Positions 33,301-43,210 of a stretch of DNA of 49,790 nucleotides are shown piece by piece. This DNA is from Malassezia furfur (Eukaryota): the NCBI GenBank assembly GCA_052055015.1, contig JBQJIT010000030.1; one strand, given 5' to 3'. Within the stretch, counting starts at the first letter, position 1, and each line of letters starts with the position of its first letter. Under the pieces are notes generated by a model. That model did no database searches and was not told the DNA's origin. It was given only the letters and a program-made list of their open reading frames with translations. A program made the position numbers and the translations under genes.

Positions 33301-33610
33301 CAGCGCATACACGAGATCAAAGTTGATGTTCTCGTCCGGGATCGACGGGCTCGACGAGAGCTCTTCGTCGTATTCGTCATCGTACTCTTCCTCATCCTCC
33401 ATTTCCTCGTTGTACATGCCGTCGTCCAGGAGCTCATCCTCCTGAGCCTCGTAGCCGTGCTGGTCGTCGCCCTCGCCCCCACTGGGGTCGGCAAACTCTT
33501 GCGCCTGCGCACGCGACATATCCATGCTGCGCTCGAGCTCCGCCTCAAACTGCGTAAGCGCACACACATACCTGATCATCGGGCTCATACTCGGGCTGGA
33601 TCTCCTCCAT
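30301..33610 (-). CDS. tea4: Tea4/Bud14-like cell-end marker (SH3, RVxF-like PP1 motif, Ras-association domain); 22-nt intron 33550-33571
   Basis: INFDLVYALHTFVATVDGQA...LLDDSNSYWWLVRV...GYIPAENIETPYERLARLNKHRN, KRAVLF, and an RA-like VRVFAG...ATFKTVLLN...LVRQAMQRF. First exon is MEEIQPEYEPDDQ. Confidence 0.85.
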
Positions 33611-33850
33611 GTCGCGGTCGTTCGCGCCGCCGGCGGGCGCCATCGCTCCGTGTCAACAGAGGGGAGGTGTGTGGAGTTCCAACTCCACCCCTGCAGGCGG
33701 CGCTGCACCGTGGCGCCCGCGCCAACCGCGCGCGTCGACCCTGCAGCCTATGCAAAAAACCACGTGCGTGTTGCAGGAAAGTACATACACTAGAGACAGC
33801 ACCCCGAAGGGACTACCGGGGAGCAGGGAGCGAATGAAGCGGGAGGGGAT

Positions 33851-36800
33851 TTACGGCTTCTTGGTCGTGTCGAATGGGTTGCCGCCGAACGAAGCGTCGA
33901 ACGGCGGAAGTTGCAGCGAGCCAGGGTGCTGCACCGACTGACGGCGCGAACCACGCACCACTTGGCGCATTCCCTCAGAGCTCGCCACGGGGCCATCGTC
34001 CACCAGGCTCACGCGGCGCACATCGCTCGGCACCGAGGCGCGCGGCGCTTCCGACGGACGGTTCGGCGGCATCGCGTAACCGGGCGGGACCGCGGGCCGC
34101 GGCTGCATGGGACGCGGCGGCGGCGTGTGTTGACCCACGGGCCGACTACCCATCGCACCGGGCGGCGGCGTGTGCTGACCCATCGGGCGACCACCCATTG
34201 CACCGGGCGGCGGCGTGTGCTGGCCCATCGGACGACTGCCCATCGCGCCAGGAGGCGGCGTCGATTGGCCCGTTGGCCGGGCGCCCATCGCGCCGGGAGG
34301 CGGCGGCCGCATCTGGGTGTATCCTGCGGGCGCAGCTGGACGCGGCATGCTCGGCGGCATGCCCGACGTGGGGCTCTGGGCCGCGGCGGGCCGCAGCGCA
34401 GGTGAGCCAACGCCGAACAGGTGCTGCCGCGCTTGCATCGACGAGTCATTCGGTGCAGCGTGCAGCGGCGGAGGCGGGCGTGCCGCGCCAAACGGATTCG
34501 ACGGCTGCAGATGCGGCGGCAGCGACGGAGCACCGGGGCGCTGAACGGGGACCAGGCTTGTGGGCGACTGCGGGTTCGACCACGTCTGGCGCGGGCGGCC
34601 CTGTGCATCAGGACCGAGCGGTGCAGGGAGCTCGAGGAGAGGCACCTGGTCGAGGCGCTGGCGCGCCGGGAAGCGCGTCTCGTCGCCTGCCGGCACCATG
34701 GCGAGCGCGCCGGCGCTGGGGCCAGCGCGGCCCGCGTCGCCGGGCGACAGGTTGTCAGAAGAGCCGGATGAGTAGCGCGTCGCGCCGTTCGCATCGGGCG
34801 AGATGCGCTCGATGGTGTAGTCGCGCGATTCGCTGCCACCGCGGTAGCGGCGGTCGCGTTCGTACTCGCTCCAGCGCTTCATGACAATCGACGAGGAGTC
34901 GAACTCGCCCTCGGCGCTGCCGTGCGCGTCGCCCTTCTTTTCGCCCTGTACGACACGCGTGGCACCCCACGAGAAGTCGTCCATGTGCCAGTAGGCGTAC
35001 AACGGAAGTACCAAGTTCCAGATCGGCAGCGAGATGAGGTAGATCAACATCCACATCACATACATGAACCGGCGACTCGTCACAACAATCAGCACACCGG
35101 GCAGACCCAAGATGAGACCCAGGAGAATCAGGGGCATCGTCGGGAACTCCTTCTTCTGCTCCGGCTCCTTGCCCTGGTTGTCGATGCCAATGACGATCGC
35201 CGAGGCCACGACGTAGACGGTGAAGGCAATGGCCGCAGGCAGCACCAGCGTACCGACCATGTCCATGAACACCACGAAGCGCATCGAGAAGCAGAACGTA
35301 CCACACAGGTCACGCACCAGGATCAGCTCAAACAGGTTGTGCACCGTCGAGTTGATCCAGCGGCGACGCTGCGAGCGCAGCACCTTGAACGTGTCCGGCA
35401 CCACCGTCTTGCACACCGCCGAAGGCAGGAGCATCGTCTTGCGGCGCGGGAACGTCTTGAGCATCAGCGTTGTCAAGTAGCGGTCCTCGCCGAGCAGCAG
35501 CAGGTTCTTCTTGTGCAGCGTGTCCACGACGTTCTCCGAGTAGTGCTCCACGATATCGGGGTTCGCTAAGATCGGGACATAGTAGCCCTTGGGGCCCTTG
35601 GGCGACTTGAAGCGGTACGCACTAAAACAGCCCGGCAAACACGTCACACGCCCAAAGCACGCCTCAAAGCCCTTGGTCTGGTGGTGCGAGATGTAGTACT
35701 CGAACACCTGGATCATGGTCACCCACGACTGCGACTTGTTCGCGATCTTGGTCTCACCAGACAGGCCCATGATGTCGGGGTCCTCCACCATCGTTGCGGC
35801 CATGCGCGTGAGCGAGTCGGGGAACACCTTGGTGTCGGCGTCGACCATCAACACAATCTCGTACTGGTCGGGCGTCACACCCGTCACACGCCAGATCGCG
35901 TTGAAGAACTCGTACTCGAATTGGGTCATGCGCTCGTCGAAGAGCACCTTTTGCATAAAGGCCATCAGCAGCACCTGCGAGTCACGCTTGCCACGGTTGC
36001 CCGGCTTGGCGCTGTCCATCTCCATCATCGTACCACACTTGGCGATCAGGATCATCGGCACACGCTGCTGCTTCGACTTCTCGACGGTGTGGTCGTCGTA
36101 ATCGTAGAAGCCAGCATACACCTTGGCCATGTTGTGCCGCTTGGCACCGTCGGCAATCGCCACGTACGAGTTGCCCTCGACGTCCTCGGCGGGCACGATC
36201 AGGTCCTGCATCATCGACAGACAGATGTCGGGCGTCGAGATGTCCGACTCGGCGCCCTTGACGATACCGTCGGCAATGACCAGCAGCAGCTTGTGGCTGT
36301 TGGGGTAGTTGGTGGTTGCCAGACTGTCCAGCGTCGTGCGCAGACCCTCGAACGACTCCGAGTAGGCCGTCACAAGACACACGGTGTGCACCAGCGGGAA
36401 GTTGAAGGGACGGTAGTCAGCCGGCGGCTGCGGCACCACATTGTCCAGCGGGAAGGGACACGGGCCCCACGGCGAGTCGCCATTCGCCCCGATCGAGAAC
36501 GAGGAACGACGCGACTGCGACGAGGGCATCGACTGCCCAAGCGACGCCGAGCTGCGCCCGCCCGTAAGCATCGGCGAGTCGGGCGGCGACATGAAGGGAC
36601 CCTGTGCACTGCGCTTCGCCTGTGCAATCTTCTTCTCGATTGCCGACGGGCGCTGCGGATTGGGGTTCTGGTACTTTTGCGCAGTAAACCGACTCGTCTT
36701 CGGCAAGAACGTCTTCTTGACGTTCGGGCGGTAGCCAGCGGGCGCCGGGCGGTAAATGTCGTCCGTCCAGCTCTCAATGGCGCCCATGCGCTTCATACGC

Positions 36801-38527
36801 TGCGCATACGACTCGTTGTCGTAGTTGCCGAGGCGCCACGAGATACACCACGCAAAGTAGAGCGCCATCAAGAACTTGATGCCCACCGCACCGACAATGA
36901 ACACCATCGACAAGATCAGCTCGACCTGCGACGCCATGCATCCAGGCGAGTCCGCGTCGACGTAGGCGACGCGGGCAACGTACGCCAAACAGTCGAGCTC
37001 TTTGGTGAAGCCACCACGCATACCCTTGGCCGTCGCGTCCTGACGCACCCACTCCGAGTTGGAGGCGTTGTTCTTGAGTGTGTTGAACAGATCCGGCACA
37101 TTGACGCTGCGGTCAAGGTAGTTAAGCATCTGCAGGTCGATGATGTTGCCGCGCCAAACCATAAAGTTTTGCGTCACATTGGAGATGCTGTCCCACGGAA
37201 CATACACGTCGCCCTGACGAGGCGAATTCTTTACCTTGTTGTCAAAGAGTCGGTCCTTGACCTCGGTAGAGTGGCACCCGTTCGGGAATTCGAACTCGGT
37301 ATTCTCCTTGGTCACCACACTGCAAGTGAAGTAACGCGGCGGGTTCGAGTTCGGCACCGTGTTGAGCACGCCCTCACACGGACCGCCCGTCACAGGGAAA
37401 AGCAGGTTGATGTAAGACTTTGCCAGGTGGAAACGGTCGGTGTAAATGGGTGTCGTGTTACCGTTCAGATCAGGGTCGCCTTCAACGCGAGGGTGCCGGA
37501 ACGAGTCCATACTGAACGCCGTTCCATAGCCAATAACGATACCGTTCGATTTGTCGCCGTATTGCAAATCGTAAAGGTTGTACCGCTGGTTTGTACCACA
37601 CACCGTCTCGGTGAAACCGAACGTAATGTAACCGACCAAGCCCATGATCACGAGAATAATCCAAACCAGGCCCATCTTTTCACGCCAGGCACGCTGCTGC
37701 TCTGGCGTCTTGATGCCAAATGCCTTCAGGATGGGGCTTGGGATACAGATGGTCGAGAGCCAGGAGTAGATCATCCAGCAACCCACGGGCCCAGGCGCAA
37801 TGTTGTCAAAGCACCCTTCCTTGGGGGGCTCGGTGCTGGGCTGCGTCGGGTTGCCGGGCCCCGTGCGGCGCATGCTCACGCCGCGGCGCAAAAAGTGGAT
37901 ACCACTTTCAACCTTGTCTTCGTCGCGGCCCAGAATCGACTTACCACGGCGCAAGGCAGGGTTGCGCGCGTACGGCTGCGGAGGCGGAGCGTTCGGCCCC
38001 GTCACACCGTAACCACTCACACCACCACCGGGCCCGGTGATGGCCGACATGGCCACCTCGTGCGGTGCCGCACCGTGGTAAGGCATATGACCGGTCGCCG
38101 AGGGCATGTAGCCGACATTCGAGCGGCCACTGTTAACGTCCATCTGCGCAGCATGGTTGCGGTAGTACCACTGGCGGTGCGACGGGTCAATGCGCTCACG
38201 CTCCGGGCGCACCAGCGACATTTTCCGGCGGAAGCTCGACGAGCTGTTGAGACCCGCTTCGGGGTCATGGCGACTGTCCCCGGGGCCGGAATGCCGGACG
38301 CCAGTCGCGTAGGCGCCTTCGTTGCCTCCCTTGTTCAGTGAATCGAACGATGGGACGGGGCGAGGACCCGGGTTGCGCACAGGCTCCTGGAATGTCACAG
38401 ATTGTTGTCGTTGCAGGCCCGGGTTCGGCGGCGCACCGAGCTGGGCGGAGTTAGACGGTGCACCGGTAGGGTTGGGTGCCTGCGGCGGTGCAGACCCCGA
38501 GGGATAGTTAGGTGGGATGGAGCTCAT
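33851..38527 (-). CDS. Chitin synthase, class IV-like (division 2), intronless
   Basis: QRAWREKMG, VTAYSE, GNRGKRDSQ, MVDADT, QVFEYYISH, TCLPGCF, LLGEDR, SQRRRWINST and WHMDDFSWGATR motifs. No myosin motor domain. Confidence 0.95.
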   Translation of the reverse strand: MSSIPPNYPSGSAPPQAPNPTGAPSNSAQLGAPPNPGLQRQQSVTFQEPVRNPGPRPVPSFDSLNKGGNEGAYATGVRHSGPGDSRHDPEAGLNSSSSFRRKMSLVRPERERIDPSHRQWYYRNHAAQMDVNSGRSNVGYMPSATGHMPYHGAAPHEVAMSAITGPGGGVSGYGVTGPNAPPPQPYARNPALRRGKSILGRDEDKVESGIHFLRRGVSMRRTGPGNPTQPSTEPPKEGCFDNIAPGPVGCWMIYSWLSTICIPSPILKAFGIKTPEQQRAWREKMGLVWIILVIMGLVGYITFGFTETVCGTNQRYNLYDLQYGDKSNGIVIGYGTAFSMDSFRHPRVEGDPDLNGNTTPIYTDRFHLAKSYINLLFPVTGGPCEGVLNTVPNSNPPRYFTCSVVTKENTEFEFPNGCHSTEVKDRLFDNKVKNSPRQGDVYVPWDSISNVTQNFMVWRGNIIDLQMLNYLDRSVNVPDLFNTLKNNASNSEWVRQDATAKGMRGGFTKELDCLAYVARVAYVDADSPGCMASQVELILSMVFIVGAVGIKFLMALYFAWCISWRLGNYDNESYAQRMKRMGAIESWTDDIYRPAPAGYRPNVKKTFLPKTSRFTAQKYQNPNPQRPSAIEKKIAQAKRSAQGPFMSPPDSPMLTGGRSSASLGQSMPSSQSRRSSFSIGANGDSPWGPCPFPLDNVVPQPPADYRPFNFPLVHTVCLVTAYSESFEGLRTTLDSLATTNYPNSHKLLLVIADGIVKGAESDISTPDICLSMMQDLIVPAEDVEGNSYVAIADGAKRHNMAKVYAGFYDYDDHTVEKSKQQRVPMILIAKCGTMMEMDSAKPGNRGKRDSQVLLMAFMQKVLFDERMTQFEYEFFNAIWRVTGVTPDQYEIVLMVDADTKVFPDSLTRMAATMVEDPDIMGLSGETKIANKSQSWVTMIQVFEYYISHHQTKGFEACFGRVTCLPGCFSAYRFKSPKGPKGYYVPILANPDIVEHYSENVVDTLHKKNLLLLGEDRYLTTLMLKTFPRRKTMLLPSAVCKTVVPDTFKVLRSQRRRWINSTVHNLFELILVRDLCGTFCFSMRFVVFMDMVGTLVLPAAIAFTVYVVASAIVIGIDNQGKEPEQKKEFPTMPLILLGLILGLPGVLIVVTSRRFMYVMWMLIYLISLPIWNLVLPLYAYWHMDDFSWGATRVVQGEKKGDAHGSAEGEFDSSSIVMKRWSEYERDRRYRGGSESRDYTIERISPDANGATRYSSGSSDNLSPGDAGRAGPSAGALAMVPAGDETRFPARQRLDQVPLLELPAPLGPDAQGRPRQTWSNPQSPTSLVPVQRPGAPSLPPHLQPSNPFGAARPPPPLHAAPNDSSMQARQHLFGVGSPALRPAAAQSPTSGMPPSMPRPAAPAGYTQMRPPPPGAMGARPTGQSTPPPGAMGSRPMGQHTPPPGAMGGRPMGQHTPPPGAMGSRPVGQHTPPPRPMQPRPAVPPGYAMPPNRPSEAPRASVPSDVRRVSLVDDGPVASSEGMRQVVRGSRRQSVQHPGSLQLPPFDASFGGNPFDTTKKP
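34116..34305 (-). repeat. Coding minisatellite, ~4 x 45 nt (PPPGAMGxRPxGQxT), in the chitin synthase C-terminal tail
   Basis: Translation PPPGAMGARPTGQST-PPPGAMGSRPMGQHT-PPPGAMGGRPMGQHT-PPPGAMGSRPVGQHT-PPP. The repeats are also visible at DNA level. Confidence 0.9.
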
Positions 38528-39140
38528 CCCACTGGTTAGCAAGGCGTATCTACAACAGAAACGCGCTTAGAACTGGGATGTAGTTTTGGTCTGGGAGGGA
38601 CGAGTGGTCCAGCGAGGAACACACTACGACACAACTCTTGCCCAGATGGGAAGACTTGCGAGAGGTATGCACGCGCAGGTTCGTAAGACCGCACCTCAAA
38701 GCCGAAGCGTGGTAACGACGGTGCTCGCCCACAAAGAAAACAATGGGTCGAGAACGTGGACGTCGCGCGAGGCACTGGAACACGGTTTGGACGAACTGTG
38801 CGTAAGATTTACCCAGCCGTCCTTGAATTGTCGCTTCTCCGTGGCTTTTGCCGCCGGGTGTTGGCCTAGGGTGTTGGTACGCCTAGTAGGCAATGTGTAG
38901 ATGCCACATCTGCAAGGATCTGTAGGTCGGATTTTTCCAACCAAACAACGCCGCGTATAGGGTGATGCACCTAGGACCCCCCTGCGGCTTTCCCTGGTAT
39001 GACGTAAACCCCGCGCATGATTGGTGCCTGACTTTTCACATCGTCCGTGCCCCGCCTGCCCGCCCTCATCTCACCCGGATTCCGCACGTGGCAAGATTTC
39101 GCCACGTGCCTGAAGCGCGACCACGTCCACTAGCAGCACA

Positions 39141-39520
39141 ATGGTGGCCGACAAGCAGAGCCGCATGCTCTTTGTGAAGAACCTTAGTTACAGCACAAAG
39201 GGTGCGTTATATTGCTGACCATCAGGCGAGGACCTCTATGAGCTCTTTGGTCGGTACGGCGCCATTCGTCAAATCCGAATTGGAAACACTCAGCAGACGC
39301 GGGGTACCGCGTACATTGTGTTCGAAGAAATGGGCGACGCCAAGCGGGCGCTCACCAGCTTGAACGGTTTCCACTTGCAGGATCGATACATTATTGGTAA
39401 GCATCATGCGCTCATGCAGTCTTGTACCATGACCCTGGCAAACTCTCGGGACGCGGCACATTGTCGCAGCGCGAAGAAGAATTGCTCCGTGCGAAGCAGC
39501 AATATGGAATGACGGACTAA
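39141..39520 (+). CDS. SF3B6: U2 snRNP SF3b subunit 6 (p14/SF3B14), RRM protein; introns 39202-39225 (24 nt), 39397-39419 (23 nt)
   Basis: Spliced product MVADKQSRMLFVKNLSYSTKG|EDLYELFGRYGAIRQIRIGNTQQTRGTAYIVFEEMGDAKRALTSLNGFHLQDRYIIV|LYH...AKQQYGMTD*. Only partly present in the ORF track. Confidence 0.92.
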
Positions 39521-39544
39521 TTGTGCTCAGGGCATGGCCATGTA

Positions 39545-41024
39545 TTATACCTGTCGCAGTGACACGCGCGCGTACGGCACATTGCACGCACTTGTTTTTG
39601 GAGATCCACGACTCCGTGCATACCAACCACGTTCGCTGGCTGCAACGAAGACGCCGGGCAGCTCAAGAACACCATTCGGATGTTGCCGCGCATAGGGCGC
39701 GGCGGGATCAGGCGACACTGATGCATGCCCTTCAATGGGGTATGCAAGAAACACACAGCTGGAAGAGCTTTGCGCTTCTTGGATCGTGTTGGGACTTGTG
39801 AGGGCAGGTCGGAAAATCTGTGCCCATCGCTTCCCATTCGCATCCGAGGCACCTGCTGCGGGCCCCAGCTCCGTCTCCGTGTCAAGACTGAGTGTCCCAC
39901 GCATTGGGTGCCCGGACAATACTTTAGCCATCAAGGACGGCATAGCATGCTTATCGTCATAGATACCCACGTAAAACTCCTCGTCTTTCTGCACAACGCT
40001 GGACAACTCTCGGACCTGCCCAGCTTCCATTTGTTTGGACGTCGTCGTAGCAGGAGCACGCTTGAGAATAATACGCAAAAACTGTTGCGCAGCATTGTAG
40101 TTGTCAAGCGAGGAAATGATGTTGCCTCGCGCACTGGTGAGCTCGAGGCGAGGTCCGATCGGCTCGAGTTGTTCGTACATGCGCTCCATCGAGGTACGAG
40201 GAGGAGAAGGATCGCACAACGCAATCCCAACCGCTCCATCGTCAAACACGCGCCTGGGCTGCTGCGGTGTGTCGTAAAAGAGAGTATGTTCCCGACCAGT
40301 TTCAAATGGTGTTAACGTCGCGTTCGTGCCCATAATGTTGGCATCAGGGAAGCGTGCATCCAAGCCTTCAATCAGACCTTGAGGATAAGCATCTGTCGCA
40401 AATAGTAACGTATGAACGTGTGCAGGGCTGTGGGTAAGTTGATTTCACTCACTTGACACCGGTGAGATTATCGGGGATAGTCAGGTCGATATTTTCTTTT
40501 CCCCACAAAGAGCGCCAGTCCGACGTCTCGTCAAGTCGGTCGGATCGTGCAGCGGTTCCTTGCTTCCAAAGATCTTTTTGGGAGGCCCATCGCCCTACAG
40601 TGATGCGGGCGGTTCCGGGGATCGTCGAGCGGAACACAATGCCTCGGTCAGCAGGGATTGCCGCTAGCGACACAGCATGTAGAGGTGTATTTGGATGGTC
40701 GCGACCGACAAGTGATGAGGGAATCTTCGTTGATAAAACACCTACGCGTGATTGCGCTGGTGCCTCATAGAGCATATCCACGATTTTGGACAAGACTGGG
40801 CGAGGGAGGCTCTTGCTCAGCGCAAACATCAGAAGAGGTGGGGCATCTTCTGTCCAAGAAGCAAGCTTTTCGGACAATGCGGGTATTAGTGCCTCTGGGT
40901 TCAATGCTGTAAGCGTTGTAATATGCCCTGGTCTTGAGACTGCATGGGTCGCAAACGTGCGACACACCGATCGTGAGAACATGCGCCGAAGCAAAGGTTG
41001 ACACGAACCTTGCACCCTCCACAT
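39545..41024 (-). CDS. Putative FIST-domain-like mitochondrial protein; 25-nt intron 40428-40452; start 41024 or 40982
   Basis: The intron joins ORFs 40449..41024 and 39545..40363. FRSTIPG...VGRW, LLFATD..PQGL..GL...FP, TPFETGREHTLF, GAVGIAL and ARGNIISSLD resemble fungal FIST-like proteins (family call from memory). Confidence 0.55.
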
Positions 41025-41691
41025 GATCCGTGCTTGGGCACGAAACGTGCGTGTTGCACACTTTCGGGCGCGCGCCTTCAGTACGTTGGACGATGCACTG
41101 CTCTATATGTCGGGTGGAAGGCAGTCTAATGCAACCAAAGTTTGTAGGGATCTGCCACAAACTTCCGCTGCATCGACTGCATCGACTGCCTCGGCCGCCT
41201 CGATTTCCGTGACGGTTCGCGCGGAAACCACCCCTAGCTTGCTCGCCACGGCACGTGCGGCGGGCACAATGGGAGCCAAACAAGCATCGTCGATCATTCC
41301 TATGCTGCTTCCGAAAACCCTGGATGCGATATTTTTCGAGTTTGAACAGGAGGCAATGCATGATGAAGAGCCAAGTCTGCCGGAGACGCCGGTCGAGCAA
41401 GCTCCTTCCAGTCCTCCACGCTCGCTTGAACGCGGCGGGTTTTCTGCAGAATCACTCCTGGACCCGGATGCATGGTTAGAGGCGCACCAGGAGGCTGTGC
41501 CCTTGCCGGCCGAGCCGACTCCCTCCCCCACACCCTCATCATCCGCTCGACAACTACAGATTCATTGCCGCGTCTCTGCTTCTAACCCCGCACACACCGA
41601 GGCTCTCGCGGGATGTATGGCTGCGGCGTTGTCGCTCGTTGACTCTTTGGGCACGGAAGTGGTGCAAATTGGGCATGTACAGGTATCCTAG
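41023..41691 (+). CDS. Hypothetical protein with mitochondrial-presequence-like N-terminus
   Basis: 222-aa ATG-initiated ORF that exactly fills the gap between flanking genes. MIRAWARNVRVAHFRARAFS start. No recognised family. Confidence 0.5.
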   Translation: MIRAWARNVRVAHFRARAFSTLDDALLYMSGGRQSNATKVCRDLPQTSAASTASTASAASISVTVRAETTPSLLATARAAGTMGAKQASSIIPMLLPKTLDAIFFEFEQEAMHDEEPSLPETPVEQAPSSPPRSLERGGFSAESLLDPDAWLEAHQEAVPLPAEPTPSPTPSSSARQLQIHCRVSASNPAHTEALAGCMAAALSLVDSLGTEVVQIGHVQVS

Positions 41692-41736
41692 CTGGGAATT
41701 GTATTAGAGTAGGTGCATACTTTAGGCAGGCTTGTT

Positions 41737-43086
41737 TTACTTATGCTTGCGAGCCTCAAAGATCTCGGCATAGGGTATGGCCCAGCGTTCCGCGACATGC
41801 TCCGGCACATCCACAAGCCCATCCATAATTCGGCGCGCCGTGCGTGTGTACACAATCGAGGTGGGTGCATCGCCAGAGAGCTGCACGGTCGCCGAAGACG
41901 TGCCAGCAGGCTGTCCGACGGTGATGGTGCATTGATCACCTTTTTGAGTGACAGGGGCTCCGCCCTGTGCCGCGGCCTCCCGGACAATCGAGTCTGGATA
42001 TGCATGCGCGACTGCCATGGCGGACAGTGCCGTAGCCATGATAGAACGATGGAATTGTCCCACAGACACCGGGCGCACCAGCACGTCCATATCGGTCTCT
42101 GCGACAGTGTGGCCGGACGATGTCGTGTACTGTGTGCGAGGATGCACCAGCACAACCTTGGGTGCAGAAGAGCAGAGCGCTGCTCGCAGTTCGGGCGTGC
42201 ACTGCGCGGCGCGTTGTCGAAGTGCTTCGATGCGCGCGTGCAGCGCCGAGTCTTGGTCGAGGGCCGCGGCAGTCTGTACGATTTGGGTAGCGTCCACTCC
42301 CAGGTCGGCCGCACGCACAAGTACGGTAGGGATGCCAGCGTCCACAATGGTGACTGGAATGGATCGACCATCCACATCGAGGACATCGCGGACGCTACCC
42401 GTCGGTAGTGTCGACGACTCCAGCGGAGTGCTCACCTCGATGCCTGGGCTTTGGCCTGGCACGCCAGCAATGGAGGTATCGGCCACATTCGAGAATTCAT
42501 ACACCACCTCGCCGCGCCTGTGTCGCTTTTGCACGGGCAACGTCACGGTAGCGCGCTTTCCTGTGGCCGCCATGAGGATCCGGACAGGAAGACCGAATGC
42601 CGGTGCGTCCTGCAGTCCGTGGTCGGCTGCATACGTCTCTGGGTGCACAATACGGTTGTGCAGCGCAAAAAGGCCCACGGCAGACAGCATGTTTCCGCAT
42701 GTGCTTGCCCAGTCCACAACGTTGCCATTGATCGGCACCTGGCCGAACCGGTACACAACGTCCCAGCCGGTAGTGGGGTGGTGTGCTTTGGCGGTGTCGT
42801 CCGCCCACGCGACACCAGGCAGCTTCCATTCTTCGCCCAAATCACGCAAAATGCGCGTGTAGAGCCCTTTCCCGGGCGCCGAGACAAGGGCCACCTTGGA
42901 CAGCGACGAGGCGCCGCCGCCCAAGCCGTCGATCTGCCGCCCGTCCGGGTCGGGGGAGCCCATGGCGGCGCAAACAATCGCGTCACGGGTCACGGGCGCA
43001 TAGGGAGCGAGGTCTGCCGCGCGAAAAAGTAGCCCCCGCGACGTCCCCCCGCGATAAAACGATGCAGGAACGCGTACGCTCGGCAT
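41737..43086 (-). CDS. PrpF-family (DUF453, diaminopimelate-epimerase fold) aconitate/2-methylaconitate isomerase-like protein, intronless
   Basis: RGGTSRGLLF, MGSPDPDGRQIDGLGGGASSLSKV, CGNMLSAVG, IAGVPG, VDAGIP, HRSIMATA and RTARRIMDG motifs. Confidence 0.9.
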   Translation of the reverse strand: MPSVRVPASFYRGGTSRGLLFRAADLAPYAPVTRDAIVCAAMGSPDPDGRQIDGLGGGASSLSKVALVSAPGKGLYTRILRDLGEEWKLPGVAWADDTAKAHHPTTGWDVVYRFGQVPINGNVVDWASTCGNMLSAVGLFALHNRIVHPETYAADHGLQDAPAFGLPVRILMAATGKRATVTLPVQKRHRRGEVVYEFSNVADTSIAGVPGQSPGIEVSTPLESSTLPTGSVRDVLDVDGRSIPVTIVDAGIPTVLVRAADLGVDATQIVQTAAALDQDSALHARIEALRQRAAQCTPELRAALCSSAPKVVLVHPRTQYTTSSGHTVAETDMDVLVRPVSVGQFHRSIMATALSAMAVAHAYPDSIVREAAAQGGAPVTQKGDQCTITVGQPAGTSSATVQLSGDAPTSIVYTRTARRIMDGLVDVPEHVAERWAIPYAEIFEARKHK

Positions 43087-43210
43087 CGCGAGCAGATGCG
43101 AGGTCCGTGATGCACGCCGCGGCGCGCCTGCTTCGCGTTCCGCATAAGGCGCATCACGTGGCCCGACGCGTTTGGGGTCAGGGTGCTTCCACTCGGCTTT
43201 TCCCTTGACT

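Noticed and set aside
35681..38341. 886-aa ORF antisense to chitin synthase (similarly 518 aa over Tea4 and 369 aa over PHB2)
   Set aside because: Mirror frame of a strongly biased CDS, with no ATG start and no recognisable domain.
38528..39140. Short ORFs in the largest intergenic region (CHS/SF3B6)
   Set aside because: Non-ATG or motif-less. The region is consistent with a divergent promoter and long 5' UTR; no ncRNA signature was recognised.
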